A stretch of DNA of 64,000 bases from a virus. The stretch covers positions 1 to 64,000 of IMG/VR virus record IMGVR_UViG_3300021957_004671, one strand, 5' to 3'. A program made the position numbers and the translations under genes. Positions 56,187 to 64,000 of this stretch are shown one piece after another (position 1 is the stretch's first letter; every line of letters begins with the position of its first letter). The notes under the pieces were generated by a model. That model worked only from the letters and a program-made list of their open reading frames with translations, was not told where the DNA came from and ran no database searches.

Positions 56187-56995
56187 TAGTCTTCCCCTTT
56201 GAAGGTCCAAAACCCTGAGGCCGCGCCTCTGTTAATAAGCTCAAGGACTCCTGTCTCGATAGCACGTTGAGTTGCAATCGAAACGCTTTCGTTACGGGCC
56301 AAGCCACTCTCGATTTCGACGAGAGAGGTTCCCTGTTCTATAAACCGGAATACATCACCTGACATATTCGTCGATAATATAGTCTTAGAAGAGATAACCT
56401 CTAAAACAACCTCACCAGTCGCAACACTAATTAACCTAATGTTAATAGTAACTGTGTCACGACTAAACTGTCTCATTGCTCCAATACCAAGATATCTGGC
56501 ACCAGAACCACCCGAGTCAGAAGAGTGATCATAACCAACTATTCCACCTGTAACTAATAGTCCCGCAAATTTAAGCGCTGGGAGTTTAGTAGCATCTTCC
56601 CCATCATAACTCTGACGAGTCTGTCTAATAAGCTGTCGCTCTTTAGTTAGATCGTCAAGAATAGTTCTATCAATCACTGTAAAGAACCTACCACGAGCGG
56701 CTCTTAACAGTGCTCTTGTTAAATACACATCAGGAGCTTGAGTAACGGCTGAACTAAATGACGTTCCCCCTGCTGCATTCTGTTTTTTCTGTCCTGTCAA
56801 GTCTCCAAACCTATAAATGGCGACTGTTGGTGATCTTACTGGTGCAGGTAAATTATATAAATCTTCCGATAAGAGTTCCTGCTGTACTTTGGCAGGCTCA
56901 ATATCTTTTGGAATATCTATTTTACTATAGCTTGCACAGCTAGATACCAAAATCGCCGACAGGAATAGACACGACCGTTGTAACACCGTTCTCAT
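56186..56995 (-). CDS. csgG: Curli secretion channel lipoprotein CsgG
   Basis: Lipobox LVSSC, VAIYRFGDLTGQKK, FSSAVTQ, LTKERQLIR, GGIVGYD, GGSGARYLGIG, LISVATGEV. Confidence 0.92.
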   Translation of the reverse strand: MRTVLQRSCLFLSAILVSSCASYSKIDIPKDIEPAKVQQELLSEDLYNLPAPVRSPTVAIYRFGDLTGQKKQNAAGGTSFSSAVTQAPDVYLTRALLRAARGRFFTVIDRTILDDLTKERQLIRQTRQSYDGEDATKLPALKFAGLLVTGGIVGYDHSSDSGGSGARYLGIGAMRQFSRDTVTINIRLISVATGEVVLEVISSKTILSTNMSGDVFRFIEQGTSLVEIESGLARNESVSIATQRAIETGVLELINRGAASGFWTFKGED

Positions 56996-57479
56996 CTGTT
57001 ATTGTTAACTCCACAAAATCGCCATTATTGACGTATGAAATCCCCACTCCATCCAATTCAAAGGAACCAGTACTGCTTGGATTCTCACCAAACATACTTT
57101 CAACTAATTGTCTTGAAAGAGTAGAGTATACTCTCGATTCAAAGTTACGCAAAAATCTTGCTAATGTTGTACTCTCTGCTTCACGCTCAGCATCCCTAGC
57201 TGCATCTTCTAAATCTTGTGCATTCTGTTTCTTACGAGTGCTTTCTTGATTCTCGATAGTCAGATAGTGAGAAGAAGTATTCTGACCGTTAAATGAGGGC
57301 GACTTAAACTTATGTTCTGATGGTCCTGCTGTCGCCTTGCATGCTAATACTAATGATAAGCCAAAAATTAAACCAACTGTAAATGACTTAACAATCTCAC
57401 CAAATGAGCAATTATATATCCCGATGGACTTACGCATTCTTGCCCAAGCATCCTGCTCAATTTTACTTCTTCTTTGCAT
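56940..57479 (-). CDS. csgF: Curli assembly protein CsgF
   Basis: Hydrophobic signal, then FKSPSFNG...HYLTIENQE, FLRNFESRVYSTLSRQL, ITDENGVTTVVSIP. Confidence 0.8.
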   Translation of the reverse strand: MQRRSKIEQDAWARMRKSIGIYNCSFGEIVKSFTVGLIFGLSLVLACKATAGPSEHKFKSPSFNGQNTSSHYLTIENQESTRKKQNAQDLEDAARDAEREAESTTLARFLRNFESRVYSTLSRQLVESMFGENPSSTGSFELDGVGISYVNNGDFVELTITDENGVTTVVSIPVGDFGI

Positions 57480-57717
57480 CGTCAGCCTCTTTTCGTCTAT
57501 ATTCAAGCACGACATTTACCTTCTGTTGTAGTCGTATTAGATCTTGGTCTAGCATACGGGTTTGATCAATAACTCTTATAAGAGCTATATGCATTTCTTC
57601 AAGCTTAGGGTCTAGTCTATCGGTTACAAATTTCCATACATAATAAATAAAATATCCTAGACCTACTAATGCTACTGTTTGAAATCCAAACTCTGCAATT
57701 AGTTGTCCCAAATCCAT
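57463..57717 (-). CDS. Small single-TM coiled-coil protein (BhlA/YvrJ-like)
   Basis: LIAEFGFQTVALVGLGYFIYYVW, then ALIRVIDQTRMLDQDLIRL. Confidence 0.7.
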   Translation of the reverse strand: MDLGQLIAEFGFQTVALVGLGYFIYYVWKFVTDRLDPKLEEMHIALIRVIDQTRMLDQDLIRLQQKVNVVLEYRRKEADDAKKK

Positions 57718-58010
57718 TAATCCCTTCTTGCATCTATGCTTCCATCCTCAACAAAGTTCTCTGATCGAGCGACTCGATCAATATCAGGCTGTAAATCCAA
57801 TGCACTAGAGACCAATAAATCAATCTTGATAATCTCATTACTCATAGTACGGGTTCTATTCTCAAGTCCTTTGCAGAAGATAGTTAGTGTGTCAATCTGC
57901 CCAAGCACGCCTTCAAGGATCTGTTTAATTACCAGAAAGATAAAAAAACCAGCTCCGATGGCAGCGGCGATAGGTACACCAACTTCTCGTATTAATTCAA
58001 ATATATCCAT
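57717..58010 (-). CDS. Small single-TM coiled-coil protein (BhlA/YvrJ-like)
   Basis: LIREVGVPIAAAIGAGFFIFLVI, then GLENRTRTMSNEIIKID. Confidence 0.7.
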   Translation of the reverse strand: MDIFELIREVGVPIAAAIGAGFFIFLVIKQILEGVLGQIDTLTIFCKGLENRTRTMSNEIIKIDLLVSSALDLQPDIDRVARSENFVEDGSIDARRD

Positions 58011-58014
58011 CTCT

Positions 58015-58047
58015 ATATTTAGCTAATCCTATACTAAAGCTAAATAT
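58015..58047. promoter_or_regulatory. Back-to-back divergent late promoters
   Basis: ATATTTAGCT (58015-58024) / AGCTAAATAT (58038-58047) give CTAAATA on each strand, 5-6 nt from each ATG. Confidence 0.7.
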
Positions 58048-58052
58048 CACGT

Positions 58053-58682
58053 ATGAAACTACTTAAAACAGATTATATGATTAATCCAAAGAAGTATTGG
58101 GTTATGGAGTCAGTTCAACCTCTGACATATGATGATCTAGAGCTATTCGATCAAAATGGATATGATCTATGTAAAGCTGAGCAGAAGTTTGCGGACGGTA
58201 ATGGTTACTCACCACAAGAGCATCGATATAGATATACATGTAAGGCGCCTTGGTACTTAGAGACGCATCGAGAGATGAGTGGACCTCATTTAAATCACGC
58301 TGATCTTTACTTCAGAAGAGGTTTCAGCGGTGATGCAAAGGAACAGCTTAAAAGATTAGCACAAGAAGATGCAGCATTCTATAAATTAATGGCAATGAGA
58401 CCAAAATGGGGTGTTGATATGAGTGTTGACTATGCTGATAGTGATGGTAATGTATTTGAATTATTACATTTTGAATGGGACGGCTTTGATTACTATGAGG
58501 TTCTAAAGAATAAACTATTAGTTGAAGATGTTATTGCTAATATAGATTGGTATAAAGGCGCTAATGAAATGCTTGAACGTAAGGAAGAATGGCATACTTT
58601 AGACTTCTTTGGACAATCAGATTGGAAGCAGGCTTACTGGGGACTACCTAGAGAGCAGTTTAAAGAAGTCATATGGGAATAA
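58053..58682 (+). CDS. Hypothetical protein
   Basis: LFDQNGYDL, LNHADL, RPKWGVDMSVDY, DFFGQSDWK. Confidence 0.75.
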   Translation: MKLLKTDYMINPKKYWVMESVQPLTYDDLELFDQNGYDLCKAEQKFADGNGYSPQEHRYRYTCKAPWYLETHREMSGPHLNHADLYFRRGFSGDAKEQLKRLAQEDAAFYKLMAMRPKWGVDMSVDYADSDGNVFELLHFEWDGFDYYEVLKNKLLVEDVIANIDWYKGANEMLERKEEWHTLDFFGQSDWKQAYWGLPREQFKEVIWE

Positions 58683-58687
58683 TAAGC

Positions 58688-58716
58688 TTGACTTATGTAC
58701 AAAATGAGGTTATAAT
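58688..58716 (+). promoter_or_regulatory. Sigma70-type promoter of methyltransferase gene
   Basis: TTGACT-N17-TATAAT; ATG follows after 6 nt. Confidence 0.78.
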
Positions 58717-58722
58717 ACTTAA

Positions 58723-59274
58723 ATGAATATGAGCATAGAAGAGTACTTTAGTAAGCATTGGCAGCAGGACTGGAGCCAATTCGATCTAACTGGATATAAT
58801 ATACTTTCTAAGTTGCCATGCAACGGTAAAGAAACTATAATAGATGTTGGTTGTGGATATAATCCACTTAAACAATGGTTCGAAGATAGGCTGGTAGGGA
58901 TTGATCCTTATAACGATTCTGCTGATGTTAAGGTATCTATTGAAGATTTTGAAACAGATCAAAAATTCGATATCGCTCTAGCATTAGGTTCGATTAATTT
59001 TGGATCTATGCAAGATATATTCTGGCAAACAGAGAAGATGTGCTCATTAATTAAAGAGGGCGGTAAAGTAATATGGAGGCAGAATCCAGGTATTCATGAT
59101 CACCCTAATGATTATTTTAAGGACATAGATCTCTTTAACTGGACGTTTAAGATAAATATAACGATAGCAGAAGCCCTAGATATGGAAGTTGTTGACCTCC
59201 GTTGGGATAATAATCGGATTTATTCTGAATGGAGAAAGCCTTATGTTGGAAATGTTACAGGAGTTAGCGACTGA
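58723..59274 (+). CDS. Class I SAM-dependent methyltransferase
   Basis: IIDVGCG, LVGIDP, FDIALALGSINF. Confidence 0.85.
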   Translation: MNMSIEEYFSKHWQQDWSQFDLTGYNILSKLPCNGKETIIDVGCGYNPLKQWFEDRLVGIDPYNDSADVKVSIEDFETDQKFDIALALGSINFGSMQDIFWQTEKMCSLIKEGGKVIWRQNPGIHDHPNDYFKDIDLFNWTFKINITIAEALDMEVVDLRWDNNRIYSEWRKPYVGNVTGVSD

Positions 59275-59611
59275 ACGTATTTGGATATATACTAGTATAG
59301 GAGGTTCCTTAGTTGGTGCTGGATTCTTATTCTGGTTTAAAGATACTAAGATGTCTACATGGGCAGTAAGTAAGTTTGATAGTACTCTTGAATTACTTGC
59401 TAAACGCTGGGGATGGACCTGGCTACAGAATGACCCTAATGCATGGCGTAAGAGATACCCTCGCATTACTCAAAAGATTGACGAGTTAGAATCTCGTTTA
59501 GAAAAGTTAGAAATGGATAGTCACCCATCCAGAGAATTAGAAGAATTCGATTGTTGGCCTGGCTTAGATGCCCGATTAAAAAAACTAGAGGGCAAGTTGA
59601 AGAAGAAGTAA
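59243..59611 (+). CDS. Hypothetical membrane protein
   Basis: GGAG SD; TM IWIYTSIGGSLVGAGFLFWF; coiled-coil tail. Confidence 0.7.
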   Translation: MLEMLQELATERIWIYTSIGGSLVGAGFLFWFKDTKMSTWAVSKFDSTLELLAKRWGWTWLQNDPNAWRKRYPRITQKIDELESRLEKLEMDSHPSRELEEFDCWPGLDARLKKLEGKLKKK

Positions 59612-59634
59612 CCTATATAATCAAGGAGAAAGAT

Positions 59635-59799
59635 ATGATTAATTGGATTAAAGATCGCTGGTCAGAGAGAACATCTAAAGACGGCGCAGTATTAATTGGT
59701 GCAGGAGTTATTTTCTTGCTATTTAAACCGCTCGGTGTTATTGCTGCATGGGTAGCAATTGGTTACGGAGCCTGGACAATTTATAAAGAGGAAAGCTAA
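59635..59799 (+). CDS. Small two-TM membrane protein
   Basis: AAGGAG SD; MINWIKDRWSERTSKDG plus two hydrophobic helices. Confidence 0.7.
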   Translation: MINWIKDRWSERTSKDGAVLIGAGVIFLLFKPLGVIAAWVAIGYGAWTIYKEES

Positions 59800-60143
59800 T
59801 GGCTGATAACGTTCAACTTGTTATTACCGTTGATGGTAATACTGACACGAACTGGACTACATCTGCAGATGCTATGACCGATATACTCGGATCGTATACC
59901 ACTGCAGGTGTAACCTCCATTCTTGAAACAGAATGCAGTGAAGGAAGAATGGTTCGTACAGAAACTCTTCTAGATAGTAATTCTATTGAGATGACATATT
60001 CCTGGAATGATTCTAACAATGTAGCATCGTTCTTTGAATCTGCAGACTTCTCAGCTACTAAAACTGTTGTAAGTACTAACGTTTGGACCAGCAGTGGCAA
60101 GATTATCTATCTTAACGACACGGAACAAACATTTACTATTTAA
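59799..60143 (+). CDS. Hypothetical Ser/Thr-rich acidic protein
   Basis: 114-aa ORF coupled by TAATG. Confidence 0.65.
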   Translation: MADNVQLVITVDGNTDTNWTTSADAMTDILGSYTTAGVTSILETECSEGRMVRTETLLDSNSIEMTYSWNDSNNVASFFESADFSATKTVVSTNVWTSSGKIIYLNDTEQTFTI

Positions 60144-60155
60144 TAAAGGTTTATT

Positions 60156-60419
60156 ATGATTATTGAAATTTACAGTAAGGATAACTGTCCTCATTGTGTG
60201 AAGGCTAAGTATGCTGCACAATCTTTCGTTCAAGAGACACACCATACAATTGTGGAATATAATATGTCTCAAGATGAACAGTATAGAGAAAAACTACTAA
60301 CTGAAGTTCCACAGGCTAGATCAGTACCACAATGTTTTATTGATGGTAAGCATATTGGTGGTGCTGATGAGCTTATTGAATTTATTGAGCAAGCGAATAA
60401 GAATATATTATTAGGTTAA
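60156..60419 (+). CDS. Glutaredoxin (NrdC-like)
   Basis: YSKDNCPHCVKAK, RSVPQ, HIGG. Confidence 0.93.
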   Translation: MIIEIYSKDNCPHCVKAKYAAQSFVQETHHTIVEYNMSQDEQYREKLLTEVPQARSVPQCFIDGKHIGGADELIEFIEQANKNILLG

Positions 60420-60422
60420 ATT

Positions 60423-61448
60423 ATGGAATTTAAATTTGTAGAAGACGGTATTGAGAAGAACGAAGTCGACTCAAATGCTATGGGCGGTACTGAGCTAATG
60501 AAGTTTGGTCTGCATGAAAGGCTAGACCCAACCTTACTAGATGACTTTCAGATTATCCCTTCAAGAGTACGAGAGCTAAAAGATGATAAGCTTAAAGTTC
60601 TATGGCTGCATGATCTGCCATGGGACCCTGAGTCACAGCATTTGCATGATGAAGGCTGGAAGAAGTTTGATAAGCTTGTATATGTTTCTGACTGGCAAAA
60701 AGAGCTATATCAGAACATGTTCTCAATTCCACCATCAAAAGGTGTTGTACTAAAGAATGCTATTGTACCACTAGAGGAACATGTTAAACCTGATCCTAGT
60801 GAAGAGATTCGAATTATCTATCATACAACACCTCATAGAGGTCTTGAGCTTCTAGTACCAGTGTTTGAATCCTTATGTACTGTATACGATAACATTCATC
60901 TGGATGTATTCTCTTCATTCAATGCTTATGGATGGGGTGATAGAGATAAGCCTTATGAGCCGTTATTTGAACGTTGTCGTAATAACCCTAAGATTACCTA
61001 TCACGGATTTCAACCTAACGATGTTGTTCGAGAGCATTTGAAGTCTGCTCATATCTTCGCATACCCATCCATATGGCTAGAAACGTCATGCATCGCTATG
61101 ATGGAAGCAATGAGTGCTGGATGTCTATGTGTACATCCTAACTTAGGTGCTCTACCAGAGACTACTGGTCAATGGACTTATATGTATAACTTTCATGAAG
61201 ACGCTCAGCAACATGCTAATGCATTTGGATCTAATCTAACTGAGTGTATTGAGATATTCAAGAACGAAGAGAGACGTGAGCTAATTAAGAATAGACTGAC
61301 TATGCAAAAGCAATATGCTGATTCATTCTATGACTGGAATGTAAGAGCAATTCAGTGGAACCATTTTTTAGGAGCTATGAAAAATGCCCAAAGCCAAGCG
61401 CAAAATGACGGAAGCGCAGAGGAAGGCAGCAGTCGAGAGACTAGCTAA
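60423..61448 (+). CDS. Glycosyltransferase family 4 (GT-B)
   Basis: MGGTE, WLHD, VSDWQ, PHRGL, AYPS.WLETSCIAMMEAM, GALPET. Confidence 0.88.
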   Translation: MEFKFVEDGIEKNEVDSNAMGGTELMKFGLHERLDPTLLDDFQIIPSRVRELKDDKLKVLWLHDLPWDPESQHLHDEGWKKFDKLVYVSDWQKELYQNMFSIPPSKGVVLKNAIVPLEEHVKPDPSEEIRIIYHTTPHRGLELLVPVFESLCTVYDNIHLDVFSSFNAYGWGDRDKPYEPLFERCRNNPKITYHGFQPNDVVREHLKSAHIFAYPSIWLETSCIAMMEAMSAGCLCVHPNLGALPETTGQWTYMYNFHEDAQQHANAFGSNLTECIEIFKNEERRELIKNRLTMQKQYADSFYDWNVRAIQWNHFLGAMKNAQSQAQNDGSAEEGSSRETS

Positions 61449-61926
61449 GGCTAGGGAAGCTCGCAAGAAGAAGCCTACTGAACTTAAGAACGTTCACCCT
61501 GATGTAGCCAAACTTCCCTCTGATCATTATCTAAGTTATGACAACTGTAAAAAGTATCTAAAGGCTTGTAAAGAGCAAATTAGTGCTGCAAGATCTGATA
61601 TGCGTCGTAATGTTAAAGGCGCAAGTGCTCAGTATCATATATGGAAAGGATATGAAGGTAATATTAATACCTATATCCGAAACGGTGATTGGCTAGATGA
61701 TTTCTACGGTGAAGATCATAATAAGAGAATACTATGGACTGTAACTCGTATGGCATATCACGATTCTGGTAAGCCTAAACGAATCATTGGCTATAAGTAT
61801 CCTGATGTCGGTGCAGTATGGACACAGGAAATGGAAGACGAAGAGATGCAAGCTTTTGGACTAGTCAAGAAGCAGGTTACTACAGTAAAGTCTAGAAAAC
61901 GTAAACGTATTGCAAAAGCTAAATAG
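61384..61926 (+). CDS. Conserved basic hypothetical protein
   Basis: AGGAG SD; QRKAAVERLAKAR, YIRNGDWLDDFYGE. Confidence 0.75.
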   Translation: MPKAKRKMTEAQRKAAVERLAKAREARKKKPTELKNVHPDVAKLPSDHYLSYDNCKKYLKACKEQISAARSDMRRNVKGASAQYHIWKGYEGNINTYIRNGDWLDDFYGEDHNKRILWTVTRMAYHDSGKPKRIIGYKYPDVGAVWTQEMEDEEMQAFGLVKKQVTTVKSRKRKRIAKAK

Positions 61927-61930
61927 TTGT

Positions 61931-62269
61931 ATGACAGACAATGTTATACCATTCCCTAAAAAAATGTTCACGCAAGAAGAGCGCAAAGAAATGCAGCGAG
62001 AGTTGCTTATCGATATCGCGCTTGATATGTCCATTAGTGTATTCAATAAGCTTGATATATTTATAGACTGTATAGACATTCCTGAGGATGAGGTCAGTAT
62101 GGCCTTCTCACCAGAGAATAAAAGAGATATGATTTTAATTCACGAAGCAATTAAGTCATGCTTATATAGACTACATAATAAGGATCATGCACTTCATCAT
62201 ATATCAGATAACTATGTGCCTGATATCCCAGAGCTTAAGTTTGAGATAATGGATGATATTGAAGAATAG
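61931..62269 (+). CDS. Hypothetical protein
   Basis: MTDNVIPFP start; EAIKSCLYR..HALH. Confidence 0.7.
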   Translation: MTDNVIPFPKKMFTQEERKEMQRELLIDIALDMSISVFNKLDIFIDCIDIPEDEVSMAFSPENKRDMILIHEAIKSCLYRLHNKDHALHHISDNYVPDIPELKFEIMDDIEE

Positions 62270-62275
62270 GGTTAT

Positions 62276-62301
62276 GGCCTTTTCCTTTAAATAAAAAGGC
62301 C
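62276..62301 (+). terminator. Possible intrinsic terminator hairpin
   Basis: GGCCTTTT...AAAAGGCC followed by CTCTTT. Confidence 0.45.
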
Positions 62302-62309
62302 CTCTTTAG

Positions 62310-62338
62310 TTGCCTATTACCTCTAGATATCATATAAT
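62310..62338 (+). promoter_or_regulatory. Sigma70-type promoter of rnh
   Basis: TTGCCT-N17-TATAAT. Confidence 0.75.
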
Positions 62339-62363
62339 GATAATCTAAATAGAGGACTAACTT

Positions 62364-63251
62364 ATGATTATTATTGACCTAAACCAAGTGATGATTGCGA
62401 ATATGATGGCTCAACTGGGCAACCATACTAACGCATCAATTAATGAAGACCTACTAAGACATATGGTTCTTAATTCGATCAGGAATTATAGAAACAAGTT
62501 TGTAGAAGAATATGGCGAGATTGTTATTGCCTGCGACGGTAAGAATACATGGCGTCGAGGCTTCTTCCCATATTATAAAGCACACCGTCGCAAGTTCCGC
62601 GAAGAGTCAGAGATGGATTGGAATCTAATATTTCAATCACTCAATAACATTCGCGAAGAATTACGTGACAACTTCCCATACAAGTATATCCATGTTGAAG
62701 GCGCTGAGGCAGATGATGTCATCGGTACTATTTGTCATACGCATGGTACGCAGCTAGGTAAGAATGACCCTATTCTGATTCTATCAGGCGATAAAGACTT
62801 TATTCAGCTGCAAGTATATTCGAATGTTGAGCAGTTTGATCCTATCCGTAAGCGATGGCTCAAGCATAACAATCCTGCTAATTATCTATTAGAGCATATT
62901 ATTAAAGGTGATCGAGGTGATGGTGTACCTAATATGTTATCTAAAGATGATTGTCTAATTAATAGCAGGCAGAAACCATGTCGACAGAAGTTTATTGATG
63001 CTCTAACTAAGCAATTCAGTAACGTGCATGACTATTCTGATCTGAGTAATATTGACTTTACTAATGATGAGTATGCACGTAACTTTAATCGTAACATGCA
63101 TTTAGTTGACCTCAGAATGACACCTGATGACATCAAGCTAAATATATTAGAACAATTTGCCCAAGAAGCAATAGGTAAACGTTCGAACTTATTTAATTAT
63201 TTTATTGAAAAGCGGCTTAAAGGCCTTGTAGAAAGTATTGGAGATTTTTAA
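62364..63251 (+). CDS. rnh: T4-type RNase H (5'-3' exonuclease/FEN family)
   Basis: IIIDLNQ, WRR.FFPYYKA.R, AEADDVIG, SGDKDFIQL, KGDRGDGVPN. Confidence 0.95.
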   Translation: MIIIDLNQVMIANMMAQLGNHTNASINEDLLRHMVLNSIRNYRNKFVEEYGEIVIACDGKNTWRRGFFPYYKAHRRKFREESEMDWNLIFQSLNNIREELRDNFPYKYIHVEGAEADDVIGTICHTHGTQLGKNDPILILSGDKDFIQLQVYSNVEQFDPIRKRWLKHNNPANYLLEHIIKGDRGDGVPNMLSKDDCLINSRQKPCRQKFIDALTKQFSNVHDYSDLSNIDFTNDEYARNFNRNMHLVDLRMTPDDIKLNILEQFAQEAIGKRSNLFNYFIEKRLKGLVESIGDF

Positions 63252-63787
63252 TGGCTACACCTGGTGTATATGAAGTGTTTGGCGAACTGGCTAAACTAGA
63301 GAGTGAGAGTGAGAAAGTAACTTTCCTTAAGAAGTGGGGAGATAACTTTGCAATCAAATCTATCTTGCAAGGATGCTATAACCCTAATGTAAAGTTCTTG
63401 TTACCTGCAGGGAGTCCTCCTTATCAAGAGAATGACCCTACGATGGTAGAGACTCGTCTTTATGGTATGGCTAAACGATTTAATATGTTTGTTGAAGGCG
63501 GTCGTAATATTGCGTCTCAGACTAAACGTGAGATGCTATTCATTGAGCTTCTAGAATCTATTCATCCAGAAGACGCTAAGATTGTATTGAATATGGTAGC
63601 GAAGACTGATCCGGTTGAAGGTATGACTCAGAATGTTGCTCATTTAGCATTCCCTGATCTAATCCCTGAACCTGCTGTTGTAGTAGAAGAGGTTGTGGAA
63701 GCTGAAGTAGTAGAAGCTAAACCTAAACCTAAAGCGAAGCGTAAGCCTCGTGCAAAAAAGGCAGCAGCTAAAAAAGCTAGCAAGTGA
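63251..63787 (+). CDS. Conserved T4-like hypothetical protein with Lys/Ala-rich tail
   Basis: LLPAGSPPY, KREMLFIELLESIHPEDA, AFPDLI. Confidence 0.8.
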   Translation: MATPGVYEVFGELAKLESESEKVTFLKKWGDNFAIKSILQGCYNPNVKFLLPAGSPPYQENDPTMVETRLYGMAKRFNMFVEGGRNIASQTKREMLFIELLESIHPEDAKIVLNMVAKTDPVEGMTQNVAHLAFPDLIPEPAVVVEEVVEAEVVEAKPKPKAKRKPRAKKAAAKKASK

Positions 63788-64000
63788 CATCAGACTACTT
63801 CAAGGATTATACTGGAAACCCTGATCATGGTAAGAAGCCGGACGTATTTGATCCGGTGCATAATACCAGGATAAGGATTAACTATACTTACTATAATAGT
63901 CCAGAAGTATTCCAAGAGATTATAGACTGGTATAATGAAGCTGATCCATATCATAGCTTTGATTATACAGTCATAGATGATGGCTCTCAATCCAAACCTA
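63784..64000 (+). CDS. Glycosyltransferase family 2-like protein, 3'-truncated (not in ORF track)
   Basis: GTGA overlap; open frame MTSDYFKDY...INYTYYNS...YTVIDDGSQSKP. Confidence 0.7.
   Translation, partial: MTSDYFKDYTGNPDHGKKPDVFDPVHNTRIRINYTYYNSPEVFQEIIDWYNEADPYHSFDYTVIDDGSQSKP

Noticed and set aside
52219..58010. Host DNA contamination or chimeric assembly of the minus-strand island
   Set aside because: It has a T4-type late box, similar sequence style and tight junctions with phage genes on both sides; read coverage would settle it
63700..63787. Tandem repeat at the end of the last complete ORF
   Set aside because: Low-complexity Lys/Ala/Pro coding tail, not a discrete repeat element
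1..64000. tRNA, rRNA or CRISPR array
   Set aside because: Intergenic gaps are short and explained by promoters or hairpins; I saw no cloverleaf or regularly spaced repeats (inspection by eye only)

Overview
This window is 64 kb of a large, AT-rich T4-like myophage genome. It probably infects a Gram-negative aquatic or marine heterotroph: there is a spanin pair, curli export genes and sigma70-type promoters, and no photosynthesis genes. In order it holds: the end of gp46; peptide deformylase; an unusually extended 7-deazaguanine DNA-modification cluster (queE, queD, folE, DpdA/TGT-like, PurN-like formyltransferase, queF, queC, class II amidotransferase, plus a purine PRTase, a P-loop kinase, two MazG-like proteins, a degenerate dUTPase-fold protein, two dioxygenases and a GT-A protein); the T4 replication core (45, 44, 62, regA, 43, uvsX, 41, 61, thyX, nrdA/B, glutaredoxin, rnh); a late block of probable capsid-packaged, protease-processed proteins; spanins plus a lipase; a ferritin-like/GATase/cupin/sulfotransferase-like cluster; and a minus-strand late operon coupling holin-like proteins and CsgF/CsgG/curlin-like export to FecR and a CHASE2 adenylate cyclase. 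Non-coding signals read directly from the sequence include recurrent sigma70-type and T4-late promoters, several apparently leaderless genes, a ROSE-like thermometer before hsp20, a tandem internal-loop hairpin leader, and a 14-bp inverted repeat enclosing an anti-SD-like motif. I saw no tRNA, rRNA, CRISPR array, intron or intein. All functional calls come from recognising motifs by eye; no searches were run.
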